DNA from: Catajapyx aquilonaris | Taxonomy: Eukaryota | Assembly: GCA_000934665.2 (NCBI GenBank) | Contig: JYFJ02002877.1 | Coordinates: 1 to 49,514, forward strand | DNA: 49,514 nt | Reading direction: 5' to 3' | In this document: piece after piece, positions 23,558-37,600 of the stretch | How positions within the stretch are numbered: the stretch's first letter is position 1 | How the letters are laid out: the number at the start of each line of letters is the position of its first letter | Position numbers and translations under genes: made by a program | The notes under the pieces: generated by a model | Database searches by the model: none | What the model was told of the DNA's origin: nothing | Seen by the model: only the letters and a program-made list of their open reading frames with translations

Positions 23558-26500
23558 CTGCAATCGGAAAGAGGGTATAATTATTAGAGGAATTGCTGTG
23601 CAGCTAATTTTATTAAAACAGTGCTCCTAATGAATAACATGTCAAGGCGATGACCTTCGTGGCTGACCCTAACGTATAATTGCCAAATGCAATGCGCATT
23701 GTTCCCAATTTGCAGTTTAATTTGCGCGCATCAGTGTGTGACGGGCAAATGCGCGGGCTCCAAAATGGCGGTATCACCGGAAGAGGAAGCATCCGTCGAT
23801 GGTCCAGGAGGTCCATCAGTCAGCCAGCTGGGACGGAAGCTGGGGCCTATCTCATCTCAGCTTTTTAAACCCGCCCACATGCGGCTTCCGACCGTGTCTC
23901 CTCTCGTTCCCTCTGGACCCCATATCGTCTCCTATACTGCATCGCACTTATTTGTGCAGGTAACACTCTCTACATGTATGACTGGGTAATAATCATGGAC
24001 CTGGCTTCCGGGGGGTGGTGGACGTAACGAATAAGGCTTGTCAATTCGCGTGAAGGTCCTTCCCCAGCTTCCCAAGGACCGACAGCGGGCGCACACACAT
24101 GTCACCCTCCCATTCACTCTGGCTCGACCCTCTCACCCACACCCACACCCACAAGCAGCACTCTACACACACGTACACACATTCGAGTCGCATTTGAGGA
24201 TTCGTTTCGCCGTGAGGACCACGCCTGCGTTGGCGGTACCGGAAGGGACTCCGATGGTCAGGTACACCGAAACGTGTCGGTACGACCTTCGCACCCAATA
24301 AGTTCATGAATCTGGAAACACGAGAACTTTGGTGCTGCAGCAAATACGCTTACAATATCAGCTTTCCGGGCTCCTTCCATCCTGTTGGTTAGACTTCCCT
24401 TGCGAACAGAGGTGCATCGCGGATTGCCTTGGATGGATTAGAGAGTCAGGATAAAGGGACGAATCCGTGATCACGAGACATAACGTATGCAATTTATAGC
24501 CCTTCGTATATAAAAGACAGTGTATGGGAATCACCGAAAGACAGTTGGCCTAAGAATGCTCAACCAATAGTAAGTGAGAAAGCTGTTTCGGAGAAAGCGA
24601 CGGTGGAAAAATGGGATATTCTTTACGGCCCAACTCATTCAGCTCTGAAATTAAACCTGTCAAAAGTCATCTGCTTATAAGCAAGAAAGAATTCCAAGCA
24701 ATTCACAAACACGCCAGCAAAAAAAAAAAAAAAAAAAACAACAAAAATAAATAAAAAACTTGACAATACAACCCATTATGTCTGGCACATAGATATTAAA
24801 GCCACCTTTACGGTCTGGCAGTGAAGTCGAGACCATAGCAGACGCGAAATTATGCCAGTTTGTCGCAAAAATCGAAATAATGGCACGCCCAAAACATGTC
24901 TACAGGGGCAGGCCATCCTGTTTTAGTTGTAAACAAAAGTTGTAAAGCAAGTCCTCGTCCCAATCATATAAGAACTGGATAGACAAATTAATCCTCCGTG
25001 GTACAACTTCATTACGACAGGGACTCCTTGAAAACCCTCGAGATTCTCAGGGGACCTGTCACGCCTTTCGCGTAGGACCGTCAATTGAACTTGCCCGTAC
25101 TTATAGTTCAAAGAAAAGGAGGCCGGCAGAGAAAGCCGGTCAGGATGACAGATGGTATATATTGGTCCAAATCCGAGACAAAAGAAGCAGCGGAACCACG
25201 CTCGACGATACTTTTCCATCACCGCGCTGTCAGAGAAAATAACCACACACCTTGCATAACTCGAGGTTATCTTCATGTTGCGTTAGGTGGCCAATCTTGT
25301 GTGCACCCCCCATACCCCCTCAAGGCCGCCCCTGCCTTCGGTGAGAACCTCCGTGTCTCCTTTCGAGTTGCACATGCGATGCCCTTCTGACATGGAAACC
25401 TACCAAGTGGTTGCTCAATAATAATGCGCAGGTCCGCTAACCAAAATTAATTCGCAGACCCATGCAGGTGCTGAAGATGCCATCAATTCCTTGTTATCAC
25501 TCACGTAAGTGGCTCGTACCGCAGTTGCCAGGCACCGGCAGGCAGGTTCTCAAGTGGTGCACACGCAATAAGAGGAATTTTGATGCCTTCTGTTCAACTG
25601 TGCAATACTGTGACTTCACAGTTTTCGGTGGCTGGCCGCTAATGACCCAAAGTCGGAAGAAAAAGTTGGACAGAAGTTGTCAGGAAGAAATCAATCGAGT
25701 GTGCCGGCTTCAATTCTACAGAAAAGAATTGTTGCGAAACGCCGCCTGCTTTAATGACCCGTTGCGTCACTGATTCTTCGGTGTTACCCCTGTTTAGACC
25801 TCGAAGTCATTCTATTACGAAGTGTTCATGAACGTGAAAGTTGCAGTTAACGATCCACTGCAAAAAAGAGGCACTTCCGCCGCCATAAATAAACCTATTA
25901 GCCACCATAAAATCCACTTATCCGAAAAGCAATGAACATCGGAGCCTGGCTTGTAATTCGGAAATCAAGACCTCCGGGCGAAAATTAGTCCTCAAACTGC
26001 GGTTGATAGGACGAGTTTGCACCACGTCGGATATACACCGAGAATCTCAGTTTTAATGCCATGTTCGCTGAATGTGCTGCAGACTCACAAAAGCCAAATT
26101 ACATGCTCGATTCATTATGCCATATTCCCAGTAGGATTGTATACTGACGGGTTGTAAAGTCTGCTACTTATTTCAAAGGGCATCTGATACGCACAGCACA
26201 TGAATTGCACCTTGTACCTATATTATCGCATAGTTGCGAACATGCCGTACCTTCCAGGTATACAGGGTAATGCATTGAGTTCAAGTATAGGCAATATTGT
26301 ATATGTACTTATTTGTTTGGTTTAGAAGGAGCCATAACTGGAATGAGCTTTAACTAAGGAAATGAAATTGCATTATTTCGTGCGAGTATAATGTGTGTAG
26401 ATTAAATTTTATTGGGCGAATTTCAATCCTGCTCCCTGCTTCTCAGCATGTATTCTACACTTATTAGAGTACCAGACTGTGGACTTGGCCAGGAAATAAC

Positions 26501-27926
26501 CTGCATGTGACTTGCACTGATAAATCGACATATTCATTTTTTTATTTTTTATTTTTATTTTGGACATATTTTATAAGTTGATATCTGCAATACATCTGCT
26601 CCTATAAAATGGTTTCATTTGAAAGATACGGGCTGGCAGTAAATTTTCCTTTGTTTCCATCAATGCGATAAGCCTGTTTATAAATCTTCATAGGTTAATT
26701 AAAGTGTCAGGCGCATTTTTCATCTCGGTTGACTCGAATGTTGTCAAAACCCGAACCACAGCGCCAGACTGGTCGGAAAATGAATTGTTTTTCCTGCACA
26801 CCCTGTACATATGCCGACACACAACCGACGGGAATTGGTTCTGCTCCTTTCCCGCGTCCACCCAAGTGACCTCACAGCCCATTGTTTCCCTGAGGCCGGA
26901 TCGAGTCTATCTCATGGGCGATTCCCTCCTGCTGCGATTAGACGAGTACCTGTGAAGGGCACCGAAGGACGGACCTTGGCATTGAGCAACATAGATATCC
27001 TTATGCCCTGCTGTCACATCTAGACAATCGGAGCAGTGTTCCACGGCCGGGGTCGGTGACAACTATGACGATTGTGACGCAAGTACCGGATCCGGAATAT
27101 GCGGATTCACGCGCACAAAACATGGGAATAAACGCTGGAAAACAACAAAGGTGCAAAAGTGTGCTTCCTATTTCCACAACGGAAACACTTACGTAAAACC
27201 CCCGGTTATATTTATGCCGTAACTTCTAGTTACATGGGGGGCGGAAACACTACCTGACATTGATGACGCAAATTCATGTTATCAGCCCCGGATGATTTTG
27301 GTATCGGTCGTTTGGCCCCCTAGTCTAACGACACCTGGGCCACGCCTGGCCATCACCTAATTACACTAAATGCCTCCTCGTCACACCCTAAAACCGTGTG
27401 TGGATGATAAATCTAGCACTTTGAGCCGCCACTCGGGCCTCGATGATTAATTGAGAGAGGGGAGATAATTATGGCATTCTGACAGGAGTCAAATGCTTTC
27501 TATGGATCGATCGCTAAGAATGATCGACGAGTTCAACAAGGAGTTCCATCTTACTTACAAAGAACCTTGTCTCCAAACAAGGGGAGACGTATCACTGTAT
27601 ACGCAACGCCCCTAGCTTAATTATCGGCTTTTTCTCTCCACATCATCGACCTAAGCATCATTTTTGAAAAGCACCCTGTACCGTGCACAGCCACAGGAAC
27701 GAGGTCATAGAACATACCTCCTTCTTTTGACGGGAGGGAAAAATCTTCACGACTCCAGACTCTTCCGTTTGGCAAACGACCACCGAGAACTACCGTGTCT
27801 TATTTATTTCCCGAACGAAGGAGAAAGAAATAACACGCGAAACAACAACAAAGAGTGAAAACCGCCACGTTTTCAGTCTTTGATATAATCCACCACCAGC
27901 ATCAGTGCCGAGAAAAAAAAAAGTTG

Positions 27927-27948
27927 GGCTGGCTGGCTGGCTGGCTGG
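27927..27948. repeat. (GGCT)5 tetranucleotide microsatellite
   Basis: GGCTGGCTGGCTGGCTGGCTGG, about 35 nt from the cdi exon 3 donor. Confidence 0.85.
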
Positions 27949-27982
27949 TGGGGTCCTTGAGGCGAAAGCGAGACAGACTTAC

Positions 27983-28031
27983 CTCAGTCAAGGCGTGTAG
28001 CTGACCTTCGTGGACGCAAACTCCCATGAAC
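27983..28031 (-). CDS. TESK: TESK/cdi kinase coding exon 3, 49 nt ((R)FMGVCVHEGQLHALTE)
   Basis: Not in the ORF track. Matches TESK FMGVCVHxGQLHALTE. Acceptor ttgcag|G, donor GAG|gtaagt, phase 2 to 0. Confidence 0.95.
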
Positions 28032-31000
28032 CTGCAACGGACAAGAGGTTTCTGTTACAAAAATGAGAGCAATTAGAAAGGCAGGGGAGGGGAAGTAATT
28101 GAAGATGGGGAGTCATTACTGCGGATATGATGCCATGCAAATTACCAGCCTTGGGAAGGGGCGTCAATCACGAGCCAGCAAAATAGAGAGATATACCTGA
28201 GCAGGATGAAGCAACAACACTGGATGTACACTGTGGTGTACTCGACAAAAATTAAGGAGCACTCCAACTACTCTCATAAAAATACTGCTGATTCTGCTGC
28301 TTTTTAATTGCCGGTACTTTACGCAAAATGGCATTGAACATCTCTACATAAAGTTGTCCATTTCGTATTGGTGGACCGTTTGTTCACTTGTACCCAAATC
28401 GGTATTGCGAATTCCAGTCCGTGCCCGTTTGTTGTTACGCAAGCATATTGGACACCAACCTATGCCCTCGGTACTTATCATGTCCATATCTGACCTCGAT
28501 GACAACACTGAGGTATTATTTTGTGTGCGTGCATCTAATCTAAGCTTGGCCCTTCGTAGAAAACAGTTGGGAGATAAATTACTATTTTAAAAAGCTACAT
28601 TCAGTGGCATACGCACACCAAGCACTTGAAATATGTGCCCAAGAACGCAAACGCTATTTTTGGTCCCTCAATCCATTAAAATTTGTACATTGTTTCTTTA
28701 CCGAATTACGTCAGTAAAAAAAATTTATCTGCTCGTACGTAGGCTGCACGGGCAGTAAACACTTCACAAGTTGGTTAGCGTGGGTTAACCGCAAAAATTG
28801 CATAGATGACTTGCAAGTTAGCAGATTCATTCGGTACGAGCCAAGGTCAGCTAAATCTGCATTCTTGCTGAGCTATTCCGGATCGCGTAATAGATTCCTT
28901 TATTGCTGTTGTAATACTAGCGTCATCGCAATCAACTATTTCAATACCCTTCTCATCGAGTGCGACATTCCTTTCTCCGTCACCGTTATTAATTTCCTCC
29001 TCGTCGCGTGACCTTTGCAGAAAATAATAATACTGCAATAGGCTCTTTCCCGGTTGTGAAACAAAAGTGTGAAGCATTACAGAGCTGGCCTTTTTCGCGT
29101 GCAAATGTGCCCCGTTTTGGGCTCAAGCTGCCGAAGGTGCACTGAGGTGACCATATCAGTCGGATCATAGCCATTAAACTCGTGATATTCCCCACTTTCC
29201 CTGGCAGCAAAACCGCTACGACTTTGCTGTAGGGACCCTTCTGGGATAGCCCCTCGAACTTTCCTTCCGAGCTGAAGCCAGCCGAGGGTGCGGTTCAATA
29301 TTGGAGATGATTGGTTACCCTTGCGTTCATTGACGTACACAAAACAGTTTACGGCGGTGGAAAAAAAAAAACGGGGCGGAAATGGAAAGTGCAGTTAACG
29401 AGCTCAACAGATATTGGATTTCTCGCTGTACCAGTGGGGTCGAGAGGTCACCGGGAAGAGATTGGTGCCATTTTGCAGATTTCTTTGGACCTGTGCCTCC
29501 AGGCCAGTCCAAGACAAAAGGGGGGATCTGTCAGGTCGACAACCCCTCCAAAGTCGTGAAATTATTGTGTGCAAATGTAATGGCCACTTTCAAATTCGAT
29601 ATTGGTCTCGGTATGGGGCTAGCCGGCAGTGCATATAACCCCTTCCCATCGAGGTGTCCATCCGACAAGTATTTTTTTGGAAGCGTCGCGTCGTCCGTGA
29701 CCTGACAGCTCGATTCAAAAAAAAAAAGAGGCGCCACGTGCGTGAATTCGCATCACCGATAACCGGTCCTATACAGTGTGATTGGCAAGTCCTTGTGCTC
29801 GTTTCTGCCCTCACCCTGTAGACAAAAGAGGTGCCATCGGATCCCCGCAAAATAGAGCCCTGCCATCCATCGCCCAAATGTGATGAGGGGGAGTTAAAGT
29901 GCACCATCTGCTGGGCTTCCGAAAAGCAGCAGATGTACGGTTTCCTGCATTTTTAGTTGGCCCCCTCTGTGCACACACAGTACTGGCCATTGTGGTGCCG
30001 TCCTTAGCCTGGCGCCATCGGATTGAGGTCATAAGCTGTGTCAAGGAGTGCAGTGTTGGCTGATGCAAGCTGAGCAAGATACGCGAAAAAAAAAACATCA
30101 AAAGTGGGCTTTGCTTCCTTTTTGGGCAGGGTGTCTTGTGCAACCTGGACACTTTCGATTCCATCACCCCGCACCCTTCGGCCTTCAGAGGGCCAGGAGG
30201 GGGGTTCTTCCAACCCTGCTTTATGGACACCCTGTTTGGCCAGTTAGCGTATATGGCGGGGAAAGAGGGGGAACCTATCTCTTTTGGTCCTCCCCTCTAA
30301 CCAATTTCCTTTCCCGGGAATTAGGATGAATCTTCCTGGATGTGGTCCGATAGGGAGAGCATGGTGCCGGGATGGCGGCATCTGGAGAAAAACTGCGGCC
30401 GTTCTTATCCGAAAAATATACCCGCATGGGGTGAAAACACGCTATGGAAAATGCAATTATATGGCGCCGGGTCGCGTGCTGCTAGGAGAATTACATAAAA
30501 CTACAAGTATTGCGCTTTCACTGTTTACAGTGTTTACGCGAGAAGCGGGAATGCTCATTCCTTCGTGTCTGTTGTGCGTGACCACTTACGTCGCCATTTC
30601 CAATTACAGTTCAAAGGAATCGCTGTACGGTGCATGAAGTTTCCGGGGCTCGTAAACAACGGAACAGGTGGTGTTTCGCTCAAAATGGGGCCTGAATCAT
30701 TTACCTGGATGGTGGACCAAACCTAGGCCAAGCTACACGCACCTCTACCTATGTTAATGCGTTTCTCATTGGACCACAGCATCCCAAAAGTTACAGGCCA
30801 GAACATCTGTGGTCAAGTCCCGCACTTGGCCAACACATCAACTCCTCCTTCCAGCAGCTGGTCTTATTCACCGAGTGACACGGGCTGCGAAAATGCGCGC
30901 CATGATTTCCATAACGCAGGTCGAGAAGGCAATTGGCCCCCTTTTCCAGAGTGTTTTCCATCAGCCACATGCTGTACCAAACCCTCCCCTGCCGGAAGGC

Positions 31001-34000
31001 CTCCTAATTGGGCGTGCATGAAGGGCCAAACCTCCTTAGCAGGGGTTCTCCCAAGATTAGAATCGGATCCCAAGATTTGACTCGAGTGCAGGAGGTTTGT
31101 ACAGAAAACGTGAAGTGCCCACCATGGTGCTTCTGCGAAGGTCTGCCATATCCAGCTGTGCCCAGTGACCAAGTGGTAACCACTGCCAGACATCTTAAAT
31201 TTAATATCCGAAATCGGTGTGGTCTAGCCAACGATTGTCGTCCAACATATCTCATTTCTGGCTATGTGCACATTGGTAGTTTGATTTGTTTTTTAAGAAT
31301 CATTGACAAAACAAATATTTAAGAAATGCTGCTAGGTTTTCCGCCTTGGCCTGCACGACTGTTTCATATTTTTATGCGGAAGTTATGCTCCAATGATGCT
31401 CAGGACTATGCCAAAGCATACTTCCAGAGCCAAAGAACGCGCTCCTTCCGCGAACGCCTACAATAATAAAGCATATCATTCCACACGTCGTTTGTCAGCT
31501 TCATTAGTCGCAGATGGCTCATTGCACCCATTTTACAAGCTGCAAACATATTTAGTACAAAGTGACGCAAAACAAAATTTGTGGGTGCGTCTTATCAGCA
31601 TGACACATCGATTACATATTTATAGTATGAGGGGGCACGAGGCTATCGCTACACCGCTAACTGACTCACAGGTCGAGCATGCTATTTACATTTGCGAGTG
31701 ACATTGGGCTATATACGTAACTAGTCCGCAAAGATTTTTCTCCCCAACCAAACCTCGAGAGCTGCGGTTTCCTTCCACTACTTTTAGATCGAGCGATATC
31801 AATGCATTTCCTTCACTGTGTTCTTCGACCTTAGGAGACCTTCCGAAAGGTATTTTCCCCAGGAGTTGTAATGGTGCCAAATGTGCCTCACGCACACAAT
31901 GCCAAGCAGCGAACGCTAGATCACGTTACTGATGAGCACGATGCATTGTTGTGTCGATTTGCTTTGGCTTGGAAATCCACCCAGGAGGACGCTAACAGGC
32001 GACTTGGCAGTCTAATCAGGTACTTGGTATGGCACAAAAAATACGGAAATGCATCGGTTTATCGCGCTTTTTTTCGCATACTAACCAACGGTAATATCAC
32101 AAGGAAAACGTATCGGGAGAAAATATAGGATGGAAAGTCCTTGCACTATTATAGTGACAGTTCGTGCCAATAAGAAAAACCCAGAGTATGTGCGGTTTTT
32201 CCTGAAGGTGACCTGTCCTGGGGCCAATATCACTTGGCTTCCGCCCCGTATCGTGTCCTATCTGCACCCGATTTACGGCCCTCCTAGCGCCCAAAAATAA
32301 ACCGTGGCAACTTGCAGGATGCAACTAACTGCGCACATACACACCGCGGGAAGATCCTTTACACGCCCAATTACGCCGGTACACATGTTGCAGCAGCAGT
32401 TTAATAACAGGTAGACAAACATCACGACCGTGACCCACATTGGTCACCGTGCAAACTGGGTGAAGCCTGACCTGAAGACGCATATTTCCACAGTCCTGGT
32501 CACTTATGCCGTGAGAAAATTGTTTGTAGCATATGAACACACAACCTCATTTCCGTACATCTCACATGCATGGACCCGCTCTATTAAACGCTCACTCCGT
32601 ACCCCTTTGTTGAGTTCAAGAAAGCAGACAGCCCTGTAGTTTCTCCTGGGGTTCGAAGCAACCAAAAAAAAATCATTATACGGATGCTTTCTGAACGTAA
32701 TCTCTCATTACACCGCTGCAGTAGTCGGCTAATTCTACTCGCATGACTTAAGCCTTTTATAAAAGTGAGGTTACACCCTTGCCCCTGTAATTATGTGCTT
32801 TCTTGGTGTAAACAGAGCGCGTGGACAGGTGCAAGTATGGCAGCTAACGAGGCATTTCTTCGACTGCTGATAGAATTGTTTTCGGAAAAGCCAGCTCGAC
32901 CTGATCGGTACAAACACCACTCTCGCTCACAATGGAACCTTTTCTAAAAACATGACCCGGTCCGTTCAGGCGGGTTCATTATGAATAAGCGGGAAATTCT
33001 GCTCCAGTGCCTGCAACGACGGCCTGTTTCGCCACGAAACGGGAGCTTCCATAACTAGCAAACTGTACATCGGCAGTCATATAAATCATGCGCACGTCCA
33101 ATATCCAGTATAAACCTGGAGGTTCACGGCCTCTGACCTCCCCCGTCCAACGCCCTCGCCCGGTTACGCACGACTTTTAGCCAGCTCTTAGTCACTCTGC
33201 ACACACAAACTGAGTAAAAGCATGAATATTGCTCTCATTTTATGGCCGCGCGCCAACCAAAATAATGTAACATATCGCTTGTCATAAAAAGGCTGCACCG
33301 TGTCAATGACACTGGCGCATGCAACGCACGTCGCCCTTGGTTACGGCAACCTGGTTCAAGTTCCACTCTAGAAAGCCATTTTTTACGCACATTATTACAA
33401 CAGTCGACGATCCCGCTCTCTGGCGAGCATTACCGTCCCCAAGTATACAATGATTGCCCGGTTGACAAACAATGGCCCGTGAATGTGAGTCAACAGTCTC
33501 CCACAATGGTCCACTTGTGAGACTTTAATCAGCAGTTCTTAATTCGACACCCTCCCCAATATCCCGGGGTCCTGAACGAGGGAGGCAGGAACAAAAGGAT
33601 GGTACTGTGGGGCTCAAAGACCGGATTGGCCATTACACCGGATCCCCCCCTGCTGGATGATTGTTAGGGGAGAACCCAGAAGAACCTAATCAGGAAGGCG
33701 GTACCATACGCACACCAGGAATGCAATTTTCGTACAGTACGGTACCCGCACTCGTAAGAGCCAAAATAGCGGTCGCTTCCGTTTTAATGCGTCTCGCATA
33801 ACGCTCTTATTGTGTGTATAAGCTCCACACAACTATAGCAAAACGGACGTGTCATTTTGCCTCTGTTGCTCCAAATCTGCACACACCTGCGATGCATGTC
33901 TCCCACAATAGAAAGTTTTTCCAACGGTGTTTCATGCTGGGATGACCCACAACACCTGTCAATAACGGATGTTTCGCGCTGCTACATGGCTTCTCAAAAG

Positions 34001-35899
34001 ACACACACTCTTTTGAGAGGATGTCCCATCGCGCGGCCTCCCAAAATGTCAGGCATGGGCCAAAGTTAATACCCCCGGCCGGATGCCGAGTCACGGTTCC
34101 TTCGCCAACTATTACCGCCGAAATGAAGCCCAAGGCCGGCTCGCCCAGAAGACATTACCCGCCGGCCTTCTCACGGCCGCCGCACGTCCTTACCTTTCAT
34201 CCCATGCTTAGAAAACCCGCCTCCACGTTACTCTTTTTTCCACCCCCCTTACACACTACGTTTCTTGTACTCTCTTTGAGGACACACCTGGCAAGTGGGA
34301 CGTGTGCGTGCTCGCAAGGGCACGTGTTTTGCGGCTAGTTACTCTCGCAAGCAGCCATGTTGCGGTCGTGACGTCATCCAGGCGTGCAGGGACGCCATTT
34401 TGGTTCTGCGTGACGTCACGGAGCAGTCGGACTGGACGTGGCCGACTATTCTTGCATATATCACTGGCGCCAGATATTTACGCAAGAGGAGTAAAATTCT
34501 GCAGGGACGTACACTGGAGAAGGTTCGGGAACGATGCCCGAGGGAACCTGTCTGAGTTCCAAGGAATATTTCGAGCGGGGACGGCAGTACACATGCAGTT
34601 AACCTAACGCCCCTTGCAAACTTTATACCTCTGCGGACTCATTATTGCGTTGGTTATCCCCCTCCTCCCCCACATGTTTATGAAACTCTGATCGATATTT
34701 CACCGCACACATCGGGGGAGGTAAACAAGTATTTGTTGGCTCCTTTCTGAAAATCACTGCAATTGAAGGGCTAATCATGATTCAAAGGCGCGGCCATGTA
34801 CTGAGGGGGTCGAAATAGCATCCGAGTCATACAACCTTCGTGTCAAAACATATGTTCCTGTCAATCCCGACATTGTTTCCTTCCTCTCTGACAGGACAAT
34901 TGCTGCAATGCCTCTGAATAAACTGCGGTTAAAAATAAGGGCAGGCTAGCAACTGACCTGCCAAATGTGTGGACACAGGTTGCTTAACTTTCCGTTACAC
35001 AGATTATACGTTACTTGTCAAACGATCGTTATCTAATCGAGATAACTCGTACGATTGACAACATGATACTGCAACCTCCGCAGTAGTTGCCACAGAAAGC
35101 TAATAATCACACCTGTTATCACCGACAAGTGCGATAAATCACGTTTCCTTCCATGAGAATCGTAACTCCGGTTACGCATTACACATCGACAAACATAGTG
35201 CCAGTGACCAACCTCAAGATTCAACTTAATTACTCGGCCTGGTCTCATCTCAAGTCGCTGTATACGCTGGCTGCACAAAGATTTAATGTCTAGATTGGGC
35301 CACTTCAGCCAGTTCATACACCTGGCAGCGAACCGTGCATTCAAAATGGAGCCATCGTGCTCATGTCACGTAATTATAACAAGGCACAGGCCAAAAATGT
35401 CTCGAGATCCTTTTTTTTTCCACGCCGAAAACCAGCCCGTTCGCCATGCACATATAAGACCTCCCATGGTCAGCTTTGAAAGTCAGCTCAGGGCTATTGG
35501 CAGAACAAGCCCACGTAAATCTTTGACAGGCATACACCCCCATATATATGTATTCAAAGCTTTCACCGTGAGCCACGAAATTAGCTTGTGAACTTATTAT
35601 AGTAGTAAAAGGGGAACTATAAAACTACGAAATAGATCCGCCGGGTGCTCTAATCCTCCGTATCTGGGTCACTGATTCTAGGCTAATTGTATCTGACATT
35701 CTGCTAGGGGAGTGCGCCTGTCTTAAGGCCGCACGTCACAAACACTGACTATCAAGAGTCTAGCGATGGGTGTAATGTAGCCGCGTTTGCTCATAAGTTG
35801 CTGCTCGTAAATGTCCAACATATGCAAGGAACGCAGCGAGTATCGCCATATATCACGCTGAAGCAGTAAGAAAATGGTTGTCAGTTCTTGGTACCTTAC

Positions 35900-36021
35900 C
35901 TCAAAATATTTGGATGCGACAGTCGGTTCATCAGCTGAACTTCCCGAAGCATGTTGGGCCGGTTCGACCTCAGCAGGTTCATCTTCAACACCATCACCTG
36001 GCCGGTCGTGCGATGTGTCAC
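35900..36021 (-). CDS. TESK: TESK/cdi kinase coding exon 2 ([41 protein letters not shown])
   Basis: Not in the ORF track. Catalytic Lys (VMVLK) and alphaC Glu (REVQLM). Acceptor ttcgcag|GTG, donor GAG|gtaagg, phase 0 to 2. Confidence 0.96.
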
Positions 36022-37478
36022 CTGCGAAGAAGAAGAAAAAGGGGGGACAGCAATTAGCACCATGTGAAGCGAAATATTTTCAGCTGAGAAAATTCCCTCC
36101 TAAATTTTTCATCCGCCCACCCCGCCCCTTACTCCATTTCCTCTCGGACCCGTCCTTGGCTTCTCAGGTTTCGGTTCAAGGAACCCATTGGAAGCAATGA
36201 AGCTTACACGAGCGTGCAAGTTTACTTTTCCCTTACTGCTCACAGAGAGTGAAAAGGAAAGGGGGTTTGGGGGTTTGGTAGAGACGGGGGCAGGGCTGCC
36301 TATTTGGCTTCATTTGGCCCACACTTGCACTTCCAGGATGCGGCAATGGCTCGAACAAAATCACCCGGGGACAACACACCGGCACTGTTATCATCCCGGA
36401 ATGGGTCAATTCGCCAGCTCAGAACCGGTTTGCATTATGCGAGCCCAACTCATCATTACACGGATCGCTCCGGAGGCAACCAGAGCCAATGGACCCGTGA
36501 TTTATGCCTCGAAACTTCCGCATAGCATACTCATGCAAATGCTGGACCCCTGCTTTTGTCAAAATACATCTCGCCATAGTAGGTGGTGGGGCCAGAAAAT
36601 AATAAGCTGGAACCGTGCCCTCGCAGAGACACCATTTAATCGCAGCGGAACTTCCTCGTTTGCTTTGCTCGGGTTGCTTCACGATGAGGAAGTTCCTGAT
36701 GAAGGTTCGTGGCCAATGTCCCCCAGTGTCAACAAATCAAGGTAAACGGTATCAGACGCCCTCAGGTTCAACACATTCGGGATCGTCGCTCACAGAACTG
36801 AGGTCGTGCCACGAGATACAAATCAGTCACATGTTGGATGTTGCGGGGGGGTGTCCCTTCCCAGGAATGTTGCGTCACGTCATCACCTCGTCCCTGCATG
36901 TGCAGCTGACACTGCCAAATTGACTCCTAACATAAAGTTACTCTCCTGAGCAAGCTCTCCCTGAGGCGGCGGAATTTCCATTCATTAACTGGAGGGCAAT
37001 GTTTTAAAGCAAGCAGCGTCTCCCAGAGCACATTCCAGACGGAAGCCATAAAGAAAGCGGTATGCCTGCAGAAACCTCGAGAAGCCGAAAAGGAAAGGGT
37101 GTTTACGATGCCGGAGTCCTCTGCCGTATATACCATGTGCGATGTGCAACCTGGTATTCTCATTCGTAATGTAAAGCTACGCTAGGTTAGGCTTACGTGA
37201 GCTGCATTCAGCAGAGAACACATTCTCATTTTGCCAATGGAACGCTCTTTAATTGCACTCACATTACGAAAATGGGTGGCTCCAGTAAATATACTAACCA
37301 TAGCTTATGAAGACTGTTCATGCGCAACTAATATGAGTGGTGTGTACATCTGACCCATCCAAATTACAAAATAAATCGACCCGAACAGATTACGACTAAG
37401 GAGCGAAATCGCATAAGAGCCTCATAAATTTTTCATGCGACTCTGCACAATTACGTTTCCATTTAGAATTCCAGAATA

Positions 37479-37600
37479 GGGAGACGGAGTGGCGCCGCGG
37501 TAACGCGCGCGCCCACGGAAGTGAAGGTCCCGGGTTCAATCCCCACCCGGGGTTCCCACCTTCTTTCGTGCAGAGTTGGGCCATCTNCCGAGCGGAAAAA
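37479..37600 (+). mobile_element. tRNA-derived SINE head (or tRNA pseudogene)
   Basis: Pol III A-box-like TGGCGCCGCGG (37490-37500) and B-box GGTTCAATCCC (37533-37543) at tRNA spacing, with a T-arm-like stem. No convincing acceptor stem. Short A-rich tail. 3' boundary uncertain. Confidence 0.7.

Noticed and set aside
26261..26807. Mariner-type MITE bounded by TACAGGGT...ACCCTGTA
   Set aside because: Inverted match limited to about 8 bp with no inward similarity.
28800..32600. Cluster of 70-140 aa ORFs on both strands of cdi intron 2
   Set aside because: Random-looking composition, no motifs; expected by chance in more GC-rich intron DNA.
36188..36745. 185-aa plus-strand ORF next to cdi exon 2
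   Set aside because: No homology or motif I recognise, non-ATG start, no evident splice partners. A BLASTP or RNA-seq check would be needed to revive it.
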